A model generated the notes under the pieces. It was not told the DNA's origin. It did no database searches and was given only the letters and a program-made list of their open reading frames with translations. The position numbers and the translations under genes are program-made. Positions 1 to 14,200 of a stretch of DNA of 64,000 bases are shown piece after piece (the first letter of the stretch is position 1; each line of letters opens with the position of its first letter). The DNA lies in contig OZ249441.1 in NCBI GenBank assembly GCA_965235115.1, forward strand, positions 16,368,001 through 16,432,000, written 5' to 3'. The DNA is from Laetmonice hystrix (taxonomy: Eukaryota).

Positions 1-2723
1 CTAGATCTATTGGGTATGACAGGCAGGGGCCCTCGACCGATGCTTTGACTTTTATATGAAATTCCACGTTGAAATACTTGTGAATTTTTTCTTTCACAAA
101 TAATATAATACTACCGGATCAAATAAGAATATTTGTCGACAGATTTGACACACTGATTTACGCATTCCTTGTTAGCTGCCAGACTACCAGATTCCAAGCT
201 TCCAGACTGACTCGTTCATGCACGGACAAATCGAGCCAGCAGAACATTACGATTCAAATACAACTGTTAACAAATACGCCAAGAGAACGATTAAGTCAAT
301 GTGACACTCGGCAATACGAGAAAATTCAATTGGTGTTTTCCCTGTGGATCTCGTAATTTATAGAACTGAAACTTGTCAGAAAAATCTAACGTAATCATTA
401 ATTTTGAAATACATTTCGTTGATTCATCAATTACTTTGAAATTCATTATCAACAAATTACTCTTGCATGCAAATATTTATGTTTAATTTATTTGGGACTC
501 AGCGATTCTGCTGAATAGCAAAGCTTTCATCTCGGGTCCCATTAACAAAATACAAACTGTACCTAGGTTATACAAATATTGTAATTCGTATGTCTTATAT
601 AGGACTAGGTCCAAACCTATTCGGAAAACCTCGGCCCAACTTCCGGTCGCTTCGCTAGTTCGTAAAGGGTTCGGTGTTCCGATTGGGTCCAAACCGTTTC
701 TTTCCATTTATGTGGGGATTTGACCTGTCTGAGGATCTCGTAAAGTGCTCATAACAAGAGATAAAATATTGCACGGCCAGTCCGTGTCTCTCCTCTCTGT
801 CCCTCATCTCTGACTCTGAGTCCGACCTTCACAACCTCAACTGGTTAAAGATGTCCACCACTGGGAGCACTACACTGTTGACCTCATCTGACCCATACCA
901 GCTTGCTTCGTTCCTTTGACTTTTTACAGAAAATCAACGTCCCTAAAGGTATCTCCCCGATGGAAAGATTTAATGTTAACCTTCCCTGAGTCTAACGATA
1001 AAACAGGCCAGCTTCATCGGCAATCTTCTAATATGAACCAAACCAACTCCGACTCAAACTGAACTGTGAGACAGCCCGACCAGTGCAGTCAATGACAAGT
1101 CAATGGACCGTGTAAACACTGATAACCATGAAAGATTTCAAATATCTAAACTCTCAGCATAATTACGATCAGTGCTCTCGCGCTGTATCTGCGACAACTG
1201 AGCCCGCTGAAAGCTACCACTCTCCGTATCATCACTTCACATAAAAATGTTGGACTCCCCAATCGCATCCCTTTGTGATCTCCCAAAGCAGGCCAGCGGA
1301 GACAGCGTGAGGAAATGTTCGCTCGTGAATACGATGGTTGGTTAACACAGAAGCTGCAGCAGCATAGAACCATATTCCTGCTGTAGGTCGTCGAGCTTTG
1401 TTTACTGGCAGCGTACAATTGCCATTATCCTCTTACGTTATGTGTGGACATACAATTTTTCACCATCAGTACCAGTTCCATATCGCATTACGTGGAATAT
1501 AGACCGTTAGAATAATAGGGCATATTAAATTTCAAATGTTACACTACGTCAAATTACGGAACATGACGAACACATCAAACACGTATTTGCTTTCTAATGG
1601 CAACTTGGAACAACATGTGTTCGTGTTTTTGGCACGATTTTAAGTCTTGTTCTACAGATCCCAAAACGAAACATCTAATTACATGCGTGTGTGGTTCATC
1701 GAATTCAGCAAGCCTTGCAGTGCAGACTGCATCTAAATAATGACGGTAGAAAACTTATACCAGCCGCGGAACCAGAAGCCATATATAAAGGCAGTAGAGA
1801 ATAAGTCAGGTTGTTTTAAGAGACTGTTTTGCCTGTAACTCATGTTGGCCCCCAAAGGGTAACTATGATGAAAGCATTCAGGTTGCTGACTGAGGTCTCC
1901 GCAGACAGAGATGAAAGCTGGTGGTAGGGGGGAAAAGGCTATGAGGGAGTGGCTTCACTTTGCTGTGTGTGACAGATATGTGGGTGAGGTTGGGGTTTGG
2001 CCTGCTGAAGGTGTCAGTCAGTTTAACCCTAGCTATCCCTCGGGTGGCCCCCAACACTATCCCTTACCCTCTGGAGGAAGCCCACTCCGGGAACCCTCCA
2101 GTACCTCTCTGGAGGCGTGCTGACAGCTACCATTACGTTTCCATCTATCATGTCTGTGCTGACCCTGACCCCCAACTGATGGTGGACGGGCGGGCTGGAT
2201 GTTGACAGGTCGTACTGACGTCCCGTGTATCCACCACAGGTCGCGTGTACAGCAGCTGCTGCTAGTGCCGCCCCGCCCACACCCACTGCACCAAGGCTGG
2301 CGCCAGCCCCTTGTAACCCCAGCCCCACGTTCCCAACCCTAACACTTGCATTACTATCACCTGTAATTATACTTTAACCCAACGTCAACGTGCGCCTTTA
2401 GACTAAACACAATAGGCGTACCTATCTACTACACCTAATCCAAGACCGGCGCAGTCCTTACCATCAGCTGTCCGAATGTAGCACAGTCTTCTCGGCCCGG
2501 TAAAACCTTCCGTGATTCAATTACATCACGGTTTGGTCCAATCAGCTCCACTCAAACTCTTCCCACGTGCACTGGCCCTCACAAATGTTTCCATTGATTT
2601 CCTATTAGTAATGAGGGCAAGAAGTGCACAGGCATACATGGCCGGGTTTCCGGGCCCGCTGTCGTCGCTCGCAGTCGGATTAGGTTGGTCTGTTACCAGA
2701 TGAAGATCTCTTGACAATCACTG

Positions 2724-3559
2724 CTCCATCATGGCTCCTCGATCTCTATACCTACACGACCAGGTAACTCCATCATGGCTCCTCGATCTCTATACCTACG
2801 ACCAGGTAACTCCATCATGGCTGCTGGATCTCTATACCTACACGACCAGGTAACTCCATCATGTCTCCTGGATCTCTATACCTACACGACCAGGTAACTC
2901 CATCATGGCTCCTGGATCTCTATACCTACACGACCAGGTAACTCCATCATGTCTCCTGGATCTCTATACCTACACGACCAGGTAACTCCATCATGTCTCC
3001 TGGATCTCTATACCTACACGACCAGGTAACTCCATCATGGCTCCTGGATCTCTATACCTACACGACCAGGTAACTCCATCATGTCTCCTGGATCTCTATA
3101 CCTACACGACCAGGTAACTCCATCATGTCTCCTGGATCTCTATACCTACACGACCAGGTAACTCCATCATGTCTCCTGGATCTCTATACCTACACGACCA
3201 GGTAACTCCATCATGGCTCCTGGATCTCTATACCTACGACCAGGTAACTCCATCATGGCTCCTGGATCTCTATACCTACACGACCAGGTAACTCCATCAT
3301 GGCTCCTGGATCTCTATACCTACACGACCAGGTAACTCCATCATGTCTCCTGGATCTCTATACCTACACGACCAGGTAACTCCATCATGGCTCCTGGATC
3401 TCTATACCTACACGACCAGGTAACTCCATCATGGCTCCTGGATCTCTATACCTACGACCAGGTAACTCCATCATGGCTCCTGGATCTCTATACCTACACG
3501 ACCAGGTAACTCCATCATGTCTCCTGGATCTCTATACCTACGACCAGGTAACTCCATCA
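2724..3559. repeat. Minisatellite, 44/42-bp unit (ctccatcatggctcctggatctctataccta[ca]cgaccaggtaa), about 19 copies
   Basis: Direct tandem periodicity of 44 bp, or 42 bp when 'ca' is missing; units differ by atggct/atgtct. Confidence 0.97.
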
Positions 3560-6500
3560 GCAAGGGCATGTAACTTAGACTGCCGCACGTTCCCCCCACA
3601 AAAAAACAATAAGGAACATCTCTCAAGGTGATGTTTTTCATGTCTTAATTTATCCTTGGCAAAGTAATTCGAACGTTTGCTGTTTATCAATGTCGCCCAG
3701 TTTATTCCTATTAGGTTTTTTACATATCTGCATTTAATCCACAGTGACAAGGCAACGGGACACCGAGTAATGCCTTTCACCCCCTCGCATACTGGTTAGA
3801 AAGGGAGCAAATAGGCTACAATTATTCCCCGATTCAGTGACCATGCTTGCATTAACATTTAGTAACACCTTGAAAACATTTCTTTGCAAATAACTGTGCA
3901 ATAAGACATAGGCATACATAGAGAGCCCTTTCCCCACTCCTGCTGTAAAACATCAAGAACTGCGCCACACGCTGATGCCGGAATCTCAATGTGCCAGCAT
4001 CTGTAGTATAAAAAGAGCCCACAGATAAGATATGAGCCATCTTGCCATACAATCTGTTTTAAGGTGATCCAGAAAACGCCAGGGTTGCTTCATCGAGTGC
4101 GGCATTTCAGGCAGCGGGTCAGCCTTGTAATGCGAAGTACGTGCACAAAGTTCAGAGGTGGCCGCCTCCGAGGCCAGCTGGAGTTGGCGCGGGTTGTGGC
4201 GACCTACCGTCCCAGTATCCCAATCTACTGCAACATTCCGGCATCCCTCGTCATTATCTGGCCATGTCGGAGGATAGCACAAAGTGCGCGGTACGGGATG
4301 GGTACGGAGGGGGTCGGGGCTATCATTAAACACACCTGCTGGAGGCCTTCGGGGGGAGTCCAGGGTTCAGCTGGCCTGGTGTCGGTAGTACAGGGTCCAG
4401 AGGCTGGGATCACTGGTAGACCTACTAGGGTCCAGCTGGGATAGGGCATGTAGTTCCAGTATCCACTTGGGTGTGACCTAAAGTAAGTACTTGGGTCCTT
4501 GTACCTGGGATGGGATTTGTAGTACTATGGTCCAGCTGGGATCAGACTATTGTTTTACCTCATTGTTTTACCTGACATTATTTACACTGCGTGAAGAGAG
4601 CAAACCCGCGTCTACTCTGCACATATTCAGCATTGAAGGACCAAACTTTGGTCAATATGACCGCAGCTGCACAACTTTGTGCCTCATCCATAAACACTGG
4701 ATGTAGAAAAAGAGGCCAGTAATAAAACCAGTCTTCTTTGCCTATCTCAAGTAGTGCCCTTTGAGAGGCCATGCCCTCTACACCTGGCTGACCTTCCAAT
4801 GCCGTATATAAACCCTTTGCAGCCATGGTCAACCGCTGCAATAGATCAAAACATTCGAGAAGAGTCGGAAAATAAGACTATTTCATGAAGTCCCTGACAA
4901 ACAAACCTACTTTTGCCTCTCGTTTCCGAGCCCGATCTGAGCGGTTTGCTGGAGGAGGGGCAAGGAGAGGTTACAGCAGGTTCATGTTTGGCCATGACTC
5001 TCTGTCTGCTGCCTGGCCGGCCTTCCTGCCTGGCGTGACCCCGGCCACCAGACCACGACACGGCCTGCTCGTCTCCGCCCCGACCGCCAGCTCCGGTACC
5101 AACCTTTCCCATTACCGGTCCTCCAAACAATTAATACAAAGGGCATTGTTCTCATGACGTGGTTCAGTGGCGCGCGACCGTTTCTCCTCGTGTCTGGGGC
5201 CAGGGACAAGACATCTCCATTACGGCAGGGCGGGTCAAGGGATCACCACCACACAAACGTTTATCTGACGACTCCTCGTCCACTTCCCAACCGCTCAACC
5301 TGCTAGATTAATTCGAGTATACCTCCTTTTTTGTGCACTTCTACCAAAAACACAATAAATATACGGAAAATAGACGAATGAGACAAACAATAAACACGAT
5401 CTCCGTCTGAGCACTAATAAACCTGAAGCAGTTCGAACAAAATTACTTGGGCCCAGTATCCACCCACTACTACACACGGTTCGACAAGTATCCGAACTTT
5501 AGTCGGGGCGAACATTTCCAGCTGGCCATGCAGTCTTCCAACGAAAACTGAAGCAGCCTAAATGATGGCCCAAGTTGCACAACAATCTATTTCCTGAAGA
5601 TTCCCAATCAGCAAGCCATGCATTCAAACTGACCCGAACTACTTTTTCATCCCCACTACAGAATTAGAGTGCCACCATGTTGAACTGAAGGAGCTCTTGC
5701 AGTCAGAGATAAACAATATTCGCCTTCTGCCACTGAACGACACGTATAAAACTCTGAACATTACCATTCTTCCTCCGGCAATTTTAATCCATAATGATTT
5801 TCATTAGTTTATTTGCGCTGTGGTAGCCTATCAACTGCTTCCTTCAACATAGACATAGATCGAATCGGGTTACCCAGTTCTAGGAATAAGTTAATTGAGC
5901 ATACATTACCAGCCTGCAAAACGTTCACAAGGGCAATCGCCTGGTGCAATAATTGTTGCCATGACATTACCATTTCAAGGCAACTCCTCCAGGCTGAGTT
6001 CTGCCTTGCCTAATGACGCCTGCGGCTAAAGACCCCAATATGGTGATAAAATCAGGTAGCCACAAGTAAAATAATCTCATCACCAGTGGGAAACTTGATC
6101 ATTCCTGCAGGTTCTTAAGGCTGAAAGGTACGTTCCGTTGAATGGAGGGGACGCGCCTAGAGGGCTGTAGTCGTCATCTTCTCACGTGGAAGATTCCAAC
6201 AAGTGGCAACTTCTTTCTTCCGTCTTATTTCTTCTGCATGCCACTTTCCAACACTGCACTTTGATTACCTGAGACAACGACGGGTTCTTATCACAGAAGT
6301 TAGCCTTGATGGTTGGCACCGAAGAATTGGTTTTGACCACAGCTCATTAAAAAGTAGGCGCTGGAAACAGGCGTTTGCAGCGTGACTGGTACTCATTCTA
6401 AACGAGAATTTTTACTTGTGTCGCTTCTATAAAATACTGCTACTGCTCAGTGTGAGGTACCCAATGCAGCCAACGTCTCTACCGTATAAATGGAAAGCTG

Positions 6501-9040
6501 TCATGGGGGCCTGGCGAGTCGTTATTATACAGCGCTTATTTCGAAAAGATAATCGCAGATGAATGCATTGACATGGAAAGGTTCTGAGTTTTTAGTCTTG
6601 CTGGCCATGTTTCACCCATCACAGGTGATTTGGACAATGTCCATGGCTAACACTGCTTCACTCCGCCATGACTGATTACCCTGGTTCAGAAAATAAGAGA
6701 TTAAAACCTACTTTTGCTACGTTTGAGTAATGATCAATTTATGTTTTGAACTAATGGGTGTTACAACTCATCACCATGATTATCTAAACATTTTAACCAC
6801 AAACACCTTCAACACGAACGGTAGCGTCTTTTTCCAAAACCGCAGGAACTCCTCCTGTCCAGAACAGCTCGTCTCATATCGCAGTATTTTAGCGCCACGC
6901 TCCAAGAATGCTGACTAATCGCCATTTTCGTTTTAGCCACATCGAACGTCATTAAATAAGATTGATGAAATGAACCTGCCGGACTTTTATAGGTCGGCAA
7001 TTCAAATCACCTGATTTTCCAGATTACACAATGGCTTCTACTAGACAGCAAATTGAATACAGGTACCTCCTATTGGAATTATGATACCGCAAACACTTCC
7101 TGCAATTCCTAAGCTACAAATATCACGGCGTATTCCCTGTCTTGGTTCTACTGTAGAATATCTGCCACTTAAAGATAATAGTAGCGAGATAGTACATTCG
7201 ACAGGAGAGAAATTCCCAATGAAGTATATCGTCCATCTTCGTTACGTCCCTGAATAATGGATGGTAGCGGGTAAAAGATACAACTACCCATAGCATCTCT
7301 CCACGGACATGTCCCTCTCTTCACTACACACCAGTTTTGTTTCTGAAAATCTGACAGCCCTCAGTGAGCATGCGAACTCCATCCCCTTGAGGAGAGCCAA
7401 ATGAATTCGGCTATGCACCTCAAGTGAAAAAAGTATGGTAATGATGAATGACTTTTTTAATGTTTCCTGCAATTCTTAAGAAGCACATAATCTTCTAATG
7501 TATGATGTATGCAAATGATGGTATTACTATGTATGACTGCAGTGAATTCTAAGTTATACCCAAGCATTCATTTCTAAAAACCAATGAGTGAAGACATTTT
7601 TACTATAAATGAAGTGAAGATGCAGAAGAGTCTTTCTAGATGCAGCTGTGAGCCTCTCCTAGCTTTCCATGCACACCCTGACGTTGGCACAAATCTGAAC
7701 CTTTACCCTTCACATCATTACCCAACGCTCACTTGCTGCTCATTTTGTTACCCTCCTACCACAAAACTGCACTCTCTGAATTCCCAGGCAAGGAGACTTC
7801 TTATCAAGCCGGACCTGCCTGGAATCTGAATGATCTCAGACAGACAGTGGAACTCGTTCTCAAGTTCAATCCACCGACGTTTTGTTATTACAGTCGCAAA
7901 CAAAATCACACATACCGAGATCGAATTGTTACTCAGAAATTGTGAATACTTACGACTATAGCCCTTATGCTATTGCTTGGATTTGCGACCCATTTGTCCG
8001 ATATTATGTGTTTATGACATGTCCTACACACCGATGTCCCGCACCGATGCTCCAGCATGCCCCTAAGCTTACACAATGTCTTTGATTCGATTTTTTTAGC
8101 CGGCAGTGATGATGTCGTCAGAACTGGGCTAATGGCACATGAATCAGCCACAAGCTGGACATGGCCCAGTGGTACTCTACTGGGTGGTCAATAAATTGTA
8201 CCCAGCACTGCTATACACTCGTGCCAAGAGTGATCGACAGGGTAGCTATCGAGAAGTCTTTCTAAAACGTTGCTTGTTTGTCAAAATGGATTCGGTAATA
8301 ACATCAGTTTTTTATTATAAAACCGGTTAGCTGTGCAGTCTATTAAAACTACAAATCCTCCCCAGCAGTATTCCCAATTAACTTCAACACCAAACCAATC
8401 AAAAACTTTGCATGATAGACTTCATTATCTGAGATTACTATAAAACTAAACTTCAAAATGACTTCGTCTTGAAAATCCAGGAATTACTTCAATAGCCATA
8501 AAATTGACGGCTTCTTCATGTGTGACACATTCTCGAAATCTATTCTTCAGTAGAGCATGCAGCGAGAAAATTACCAAAAAATTGTACGCAGCTATTTCTA
8601 GCAAAGATTAGACTGATAAATTGATCTGCTTAATGGAGCACATGCCCAAATGGGATGATGAAATGTTGTATGGTTTCCTCTGTCAGAGCAGGTTATCAGC
8701 TGTATGGGCTCACTCAATGTGCAATCAGCACAGCGTGGACGTCGAAATGACGCTGGCGTTATGGAGGACGTGGAAGCCCTGATTAATACCACCAACAGTG
8801 ATTGATGTTTTACTGACTCAATCATTTTGTACACGCCAGACTTGGGCAGACACAATGTACGATTACACTGCACTTGATTTATCAACACCCTTACTAGTTG
8901 TGATGAATTAGCAATACAATTATTTATCATGTGTTGCTATTTAGCTATCGTAAGCAAACATGGGTCCTGGGTAGAAAGTTCGGATGAGTAGATAAAACGC
9001 ACCATTGTAACGTTGTGAGAATCATCTTAAATATGGTGGA

Positions 9041-9105
9041 TGAAACGTGCACTAAATACACTCATTAAAACTATTTAAACGTGCACTAAATACACTCATT
9101 AAAAC
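9041..9105. repeat. Short tandem duplication (aaacgtgcactaaatacactcattaaaac x2)
   Basis: Two identical ~29-bp copies about 35 bp apart. Confidence 0.85.
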
Positions 9106-10619
9106 GGTTCCAAATATTTGCAACAAATCATGTTGCAACCTACGACAGAAATAAAAACCCAATTATGGTATCACTAACTGATAATCCCAATCAACCAAAC
9201 CACAACTGACGGTCTTGGTGGAACCGACAATCCCTTACACTCCTTCAAACGAGACACATGTTTCAAGCCCTCCACTCCACCCACTTATTTTTATCTATTT
9301 TCCCAAATCAAGTTAATGATGCACTTCGTTAGGAGCTCTGAAATATTTCTAATGTAACATGAATATTTATTACATTACAGTACGACAGTGACGTAAGCAG
9401 TATTTCCCGCGTTCCCTGGCTTGTCACCCACCCAGCCATAGGTGGTAATATTTAGGAACGAATACGGCTGTCAGCACAGGCCTTGCACGTACACTACACC
9501 ATCCCAGACTCGCAAGAAGCGATGGGGAAGTGCGCACTGTTGATCATCGTCAGCCCATTGTAATCCAACGACATTGTTCTTTTCAAGCCCCATTGACAAG
9601 GCCATTGTGGTACCTGATTGAACCACTGGTTACTCCCTAAGGACGTAGGGACATTATCAAGCTTGGAAAGGGAATAATACGTCTACGATCTGTTTCCTAA
9701 CAGACTTGTCCGTCAGTAGAAAATAAAGTCAGGGGGGAATACTTGTCCTGCCATTACAGTCACCTCTCGGAGAGTCCTACTTAAAACATTGATGAAGTAG
9801 CTAGCTGAGGTTGCTCTAGTGTGGAGATAGGAGGGAAGGCTGTCTCAGAAGGACCACTCTATAGCTCCACTGTAGTATCGCCATGCGCTGCAGGCGTCCA
9901 AAAACTCTCCCCAGACATATTTAACAAAGCACTGTTAATAATTTTACTATGCCTCGTGAAGGAAATGACATTAGTTAGATTAGAGACATGACTGACGCAA
10001 TAATTGCTATGGGTTCCTATGGGTTCCTAGTACGTAAAGAAACCTTTCCGGGATATATTGGACCAACTCCCAGTCCCACCTAAAACTCATCTTGTGTGCG
10101 GATTCTATAATACATACGACCAGATACATTTATGACAGATTTCTCCCAATCTCAATGGTTCTCTCACCTCCAATATATCGTTTTAAATACACGAGTTGGA
10201 ATATTCTGGCTGGGAGGCAGTGGTCGGGGCAGTATACAGTAGAAGACCATAGAGTATACACTATTCAGGGCCGTTAGATCTGAGGTCCAATCTGCCATGC
10301 TAATCTCCGACCAAAGCGTGGCCTGGGTGGGCTAATATTGACCCATTAAGAGGTCCGTGTTCCAGTTCCATGTCTGGCTCCCTAACCCACCAGTCTGCCC
10401 TCACACCACTTGGTAGTTGAGCTCTTTACAGCTAGATCTATCATTAGAGTTTAGACGTTTCTAGCTTTAACACTGGGGTGTATGCAATAACGGGAGGGCA
10501 AGCCATGTTGCTCTTAGCTCGTGTTACACTGACAAAACTACCAAAACAGTTTATCCAGTAATTCGTTTTGAAAATGAGCTCACTGACTTGGAAATTGGAC
10601 CCCTTTTTTAACTCATGGT

Positions 10620-11150
10620 AATACTGGCAGTAATTGCAACAGTCGATGAACAGAACAAATATCAAAATGACGTTATCATACATAGAAAACAAGACCATGC
10701 CGCAGTACTGGCGTGCTGGTGAATACATTTGGTACATATACCAACTTGAAATGGTATGACTGGGACTCATTGCCATTTACTGCTGGCGCTGGGCTGACAC
10801 AAACACGCTTCCCAGTCCCATCACTTAGCATCACCCATGTTAATGTGAGCTTGGCACGTAAGCAATGAGCCATCGGACTCACTGAGCATGTCATAGCCTG
10901 GCCACGCCTAAACTGTTTCAGCGCTGCCACCTCTCAATGGCTTCCCTCTACCTTGATCCTTTCATAAATGACATCAATAAACTTGCAAATGGCCACAGAC
11001 GATAAAACCTGCCAGGTCATTCAGGATTTCGATGTTTTTTAATACCTCCAGGCTGTTACAATGTCGGCCATCGATTCTGTGGATCAGATTGGCTCAGCGC
11101 GCCAGCTGATAGCAGCATGCCACCATGTGAATTTTCTGCTCTGTGCTCAG
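10620..11150 (+). mobile_element. Possible highly decayed non-LTR (CR1/L2-type) reverse transcriptase remnant
   Basis: Manual translation across frameshifts gives PFINDINKL followed by MATDDKT and YLQAV, resembling the (F/Y)IND...(F/Y)ADD...LQ region of LINE RT. Many stops and poor similarity. Confidence 0.3.
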
Positions 11151-13588
11151 GTACGCTTGACAATGCTTCCGTCAGGCATGGCTGCATCCACTCATATTAT
11201 CACTACTCAGTCTCCACTTTTCTAGCTCTCCCCTCAATGTTGAAAGCAAACGCCGCCCCCCACCTCCGCCATCCTCGACCCAACCCACCCCCTTTGTACA
11301 GACGAGATCTTTTCGACCACTCTCAGGGTTCACACCACAAAAACATCAGCCGGCGAGTTGAGACGCGCCCTGACCACGTGTCTCACGGACGAGCCGACAA
11401 TTGGGCAATTTGCCCATTCTGCCATCTGAGCGATCGCCGTCATGCTGGCGTGCCCAAAGAGTATGACAAATCAAGCTCCGTTATCCTCACTTGGAATCCT
11501 CCCCACACAATGTGAGTCGAGGCAGAAACAGCACACTGGCAGGCGGTAATCACCGGCACATACGAAACGTAATCCGGCCACGCGAGTCGCTCTTGTATCA
11601 ACGACGAGCAGTACAGCTCCCCATCAAAGAAGGTCATAATTCTCCAGTATTTGTTCCTATATAATGCGATGCAAATTGGGCCAAACAATAGATCAATTTG
11701 AAAGCATTAGAAGCGTACCGTTTTGAAGTGCACTATCAAAAACGAAGTATGCACAGTTATGATATCCAATATGGGAGCCACTGAAATACCAGAGCACATT
11801 CACAGCCCTAGCACCGACTGGCATGGAAATCAATAATCTGATAGTCGGCATCTCTTCTCAGATATTTCACAAAAATAGCCACCATGGAAGCCTCAGCCCA
11901 GAGTTGGATCTTGAATCACGGTAGCAATAAAGTACACAGTTCGGTCTTGAATCAAGTATGCCTGTTTTTCTTAGGTCAGCCTTCAGTGCACAAATATACC
12001 AAGCATAATGAAATCCTGATTTGATTGTAACAAACAATATTTGAGTTATTTTTGTAACTATCTACATCTGTCCAAATACCTTTCCGATCACACTTTGAGT
12101 CAAGCAGCGTGTGATCTGATGTTATTCATTATTCCACAAGACATTTGGTGCTTTGTAAGCACTTTGTGGTGGAATCTTCATTATCCAACAGTTCATGCCT
12201 CCGATGTACGACTTTGTCTGCAATTAAACATTAACACGAACCTGATCTACATCAGAAGAATTTAAATATCTCGGTATTAAAACTAGTTTTATTTTACCTC
12301 GAGTGTTGAGGTTAACGAATATAATACGGACGATAGCCAGTTAGCACATGGCACAATGCGAGCAATTAAATAGTTTGTGTGATCGCTTGAATACATACAT
12401 AATGCAGACATGAGTTCGGATTCATACAATATCGGATTTCCTGTCGGGAGAACTGCATAGCGAGCGGATTTATGATAGCTGTGCTGTTTCTAGAAATTAC
12501 TAGACCTCTCTATGCTTCCTTTAATCATATTCACCTGTTGGGTGTAATGAGTAACCAGTTTAAAGTCGATTTATAAATAGTTCACGACTTCTTATGATCC
12601 GCAAGTTAAGCGTTTCAAATGTGCCCACCTGGAAATTGCGCGGCTTACGTTTCCATTCTGTGTTCCCACGACTTCCCGTTTACTGATAACAGAAATGGAA
12701 ACTTGCTTTAATGAAGAGAACAGCGGCCATGTTTGACTGCAGCATAAATATTTACCTCAGATTACGAGTCCAGCGTCAGTGGTAATCACCATCAATGATG
12801 AAGCCCCACCTGATGAGACCATTCCATGAGGACTGCTGGGTCCAAGGCTCACTTACATGCGGTGGTGAATTCCCAGTCTGCACTTCATGTCCTTGGTTTG
12901 GTAGACATTACCTGTTGACTAATAGATGCTGCTGTGAATTTCATCTCTTGGGTGCAGTTCACCAACTGCAGCAGTTCCCCCGCCTGAAACCTGGACCATC
13001 TCCTCCCCTGCCTTCATTGGATCCCAGTTGGATCCCAGGCACAATCTCAGCAAATACTACCGCGGGAACCATACAGGAAATATTCAACAATTGGCACTGT
13101 CTGTGTGATTTGAAAAATTACGGAATGAGAATGAGATGAAGTCTGGTAAATATTTCAGTTTTCATGAGCTCCCGCAATGGCAGGCACATAGATCAGAAAC
13201 TATCCGCTGGAGAATCCACTGGAAGGGGAGGGGGTATACGCCTGGATTGGTAATGCACTCTTATGCATATCTAAATGTATACAATTTAGTATGTATTATG
13301 TAAAACTGCCTTCAAATATCTAAATGCCGGCCAATTTTATGTCACTGGCCAAATCTCCGTAAATTCTTCTTGTCGATCTCCGACAATTTCAATCATCTGA
13401 GGTTATATGGAATGAAATAATCCTTGGTCATCTACTATACACGGAGAGGGGTATGGAGAATATGCGTGGATACCAGGCCAGCGTGTAACTGGTGACCTTC
13501 GATGAATATTGCATGGATGCAGTGTCCATGCTGACCACTACAAAGTGCTCTCTTAATTGTACTCCTGCCATGGGGGCGGAATAAGGAG

Positions 13589-14200
13589 ATTTCATAGTAC
13601 TAGAATAAGACGACTTCATAGTACCAGAATAAGACTTTATGGTACCAGAATAAGACTCTATAGTACCAGAATAAGACTTTATAGTACCAGAATAAGACTT
13701 TATAGTACCAGAATAAGACTTTATAGTACCAGAATAAGACTTCATAGTACCAGAATAAGACGACTTCATAGTACCAGAATAAGACTTTATGGTACCAGAA
13801 TAAGACTCTATAGTACCAGAATAAGACTTTATAGTACCAGAATAAGACTTTATAGTACCAGAATAAGACTTTATAGTACCAGAATAAGACTTCATAGTAC
13901 CAGAATAAGACGACTTCATAGTACCAGAATAAGACTTTATGGTACCAGAATAAGACTCTATAGTACCAGAATAAGACTTTATAGTACCAGAATAAGACTT
14001 TATAGTACCAAAATAAGACTGTATAGTACCAGAATAAGACTTCATAGTACCAGAATAAGACTTCATAGTACCAGAATAAGACTTTATGGTACCAGAATAA
14101 GACTCTATAGTACCAGAATAAGACTTTATAGTACCAGAATAAGACTTTATAGTATCAGAATAAGACTTTATAGTACCAGAATAAGAAGATTTCATAGTAC
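13589..14200. repeat. 21-bp minisatellite (tagtaccagaataagacttta) with 150-bp higher-order repeat
   Basis: Monomer period is 21 bp; the 24-bp variant cgacttcata recurs at 13611, 13761 and 13911. Confidence 0.97.

Noticed and set aside
4578-4841. FMDEAQ resembling an SF1 helicase Walker B motif
   Set aside because: No Walker A or other helicase motifs nearby and no convincing splice sites; probably chance.
4846-5130. EIVLFSDS resembling the GDS block of a LINE ORF1 esterase
   Set aside because: The later SGNH blocks are not recognisable, so evidence is too thin to call.
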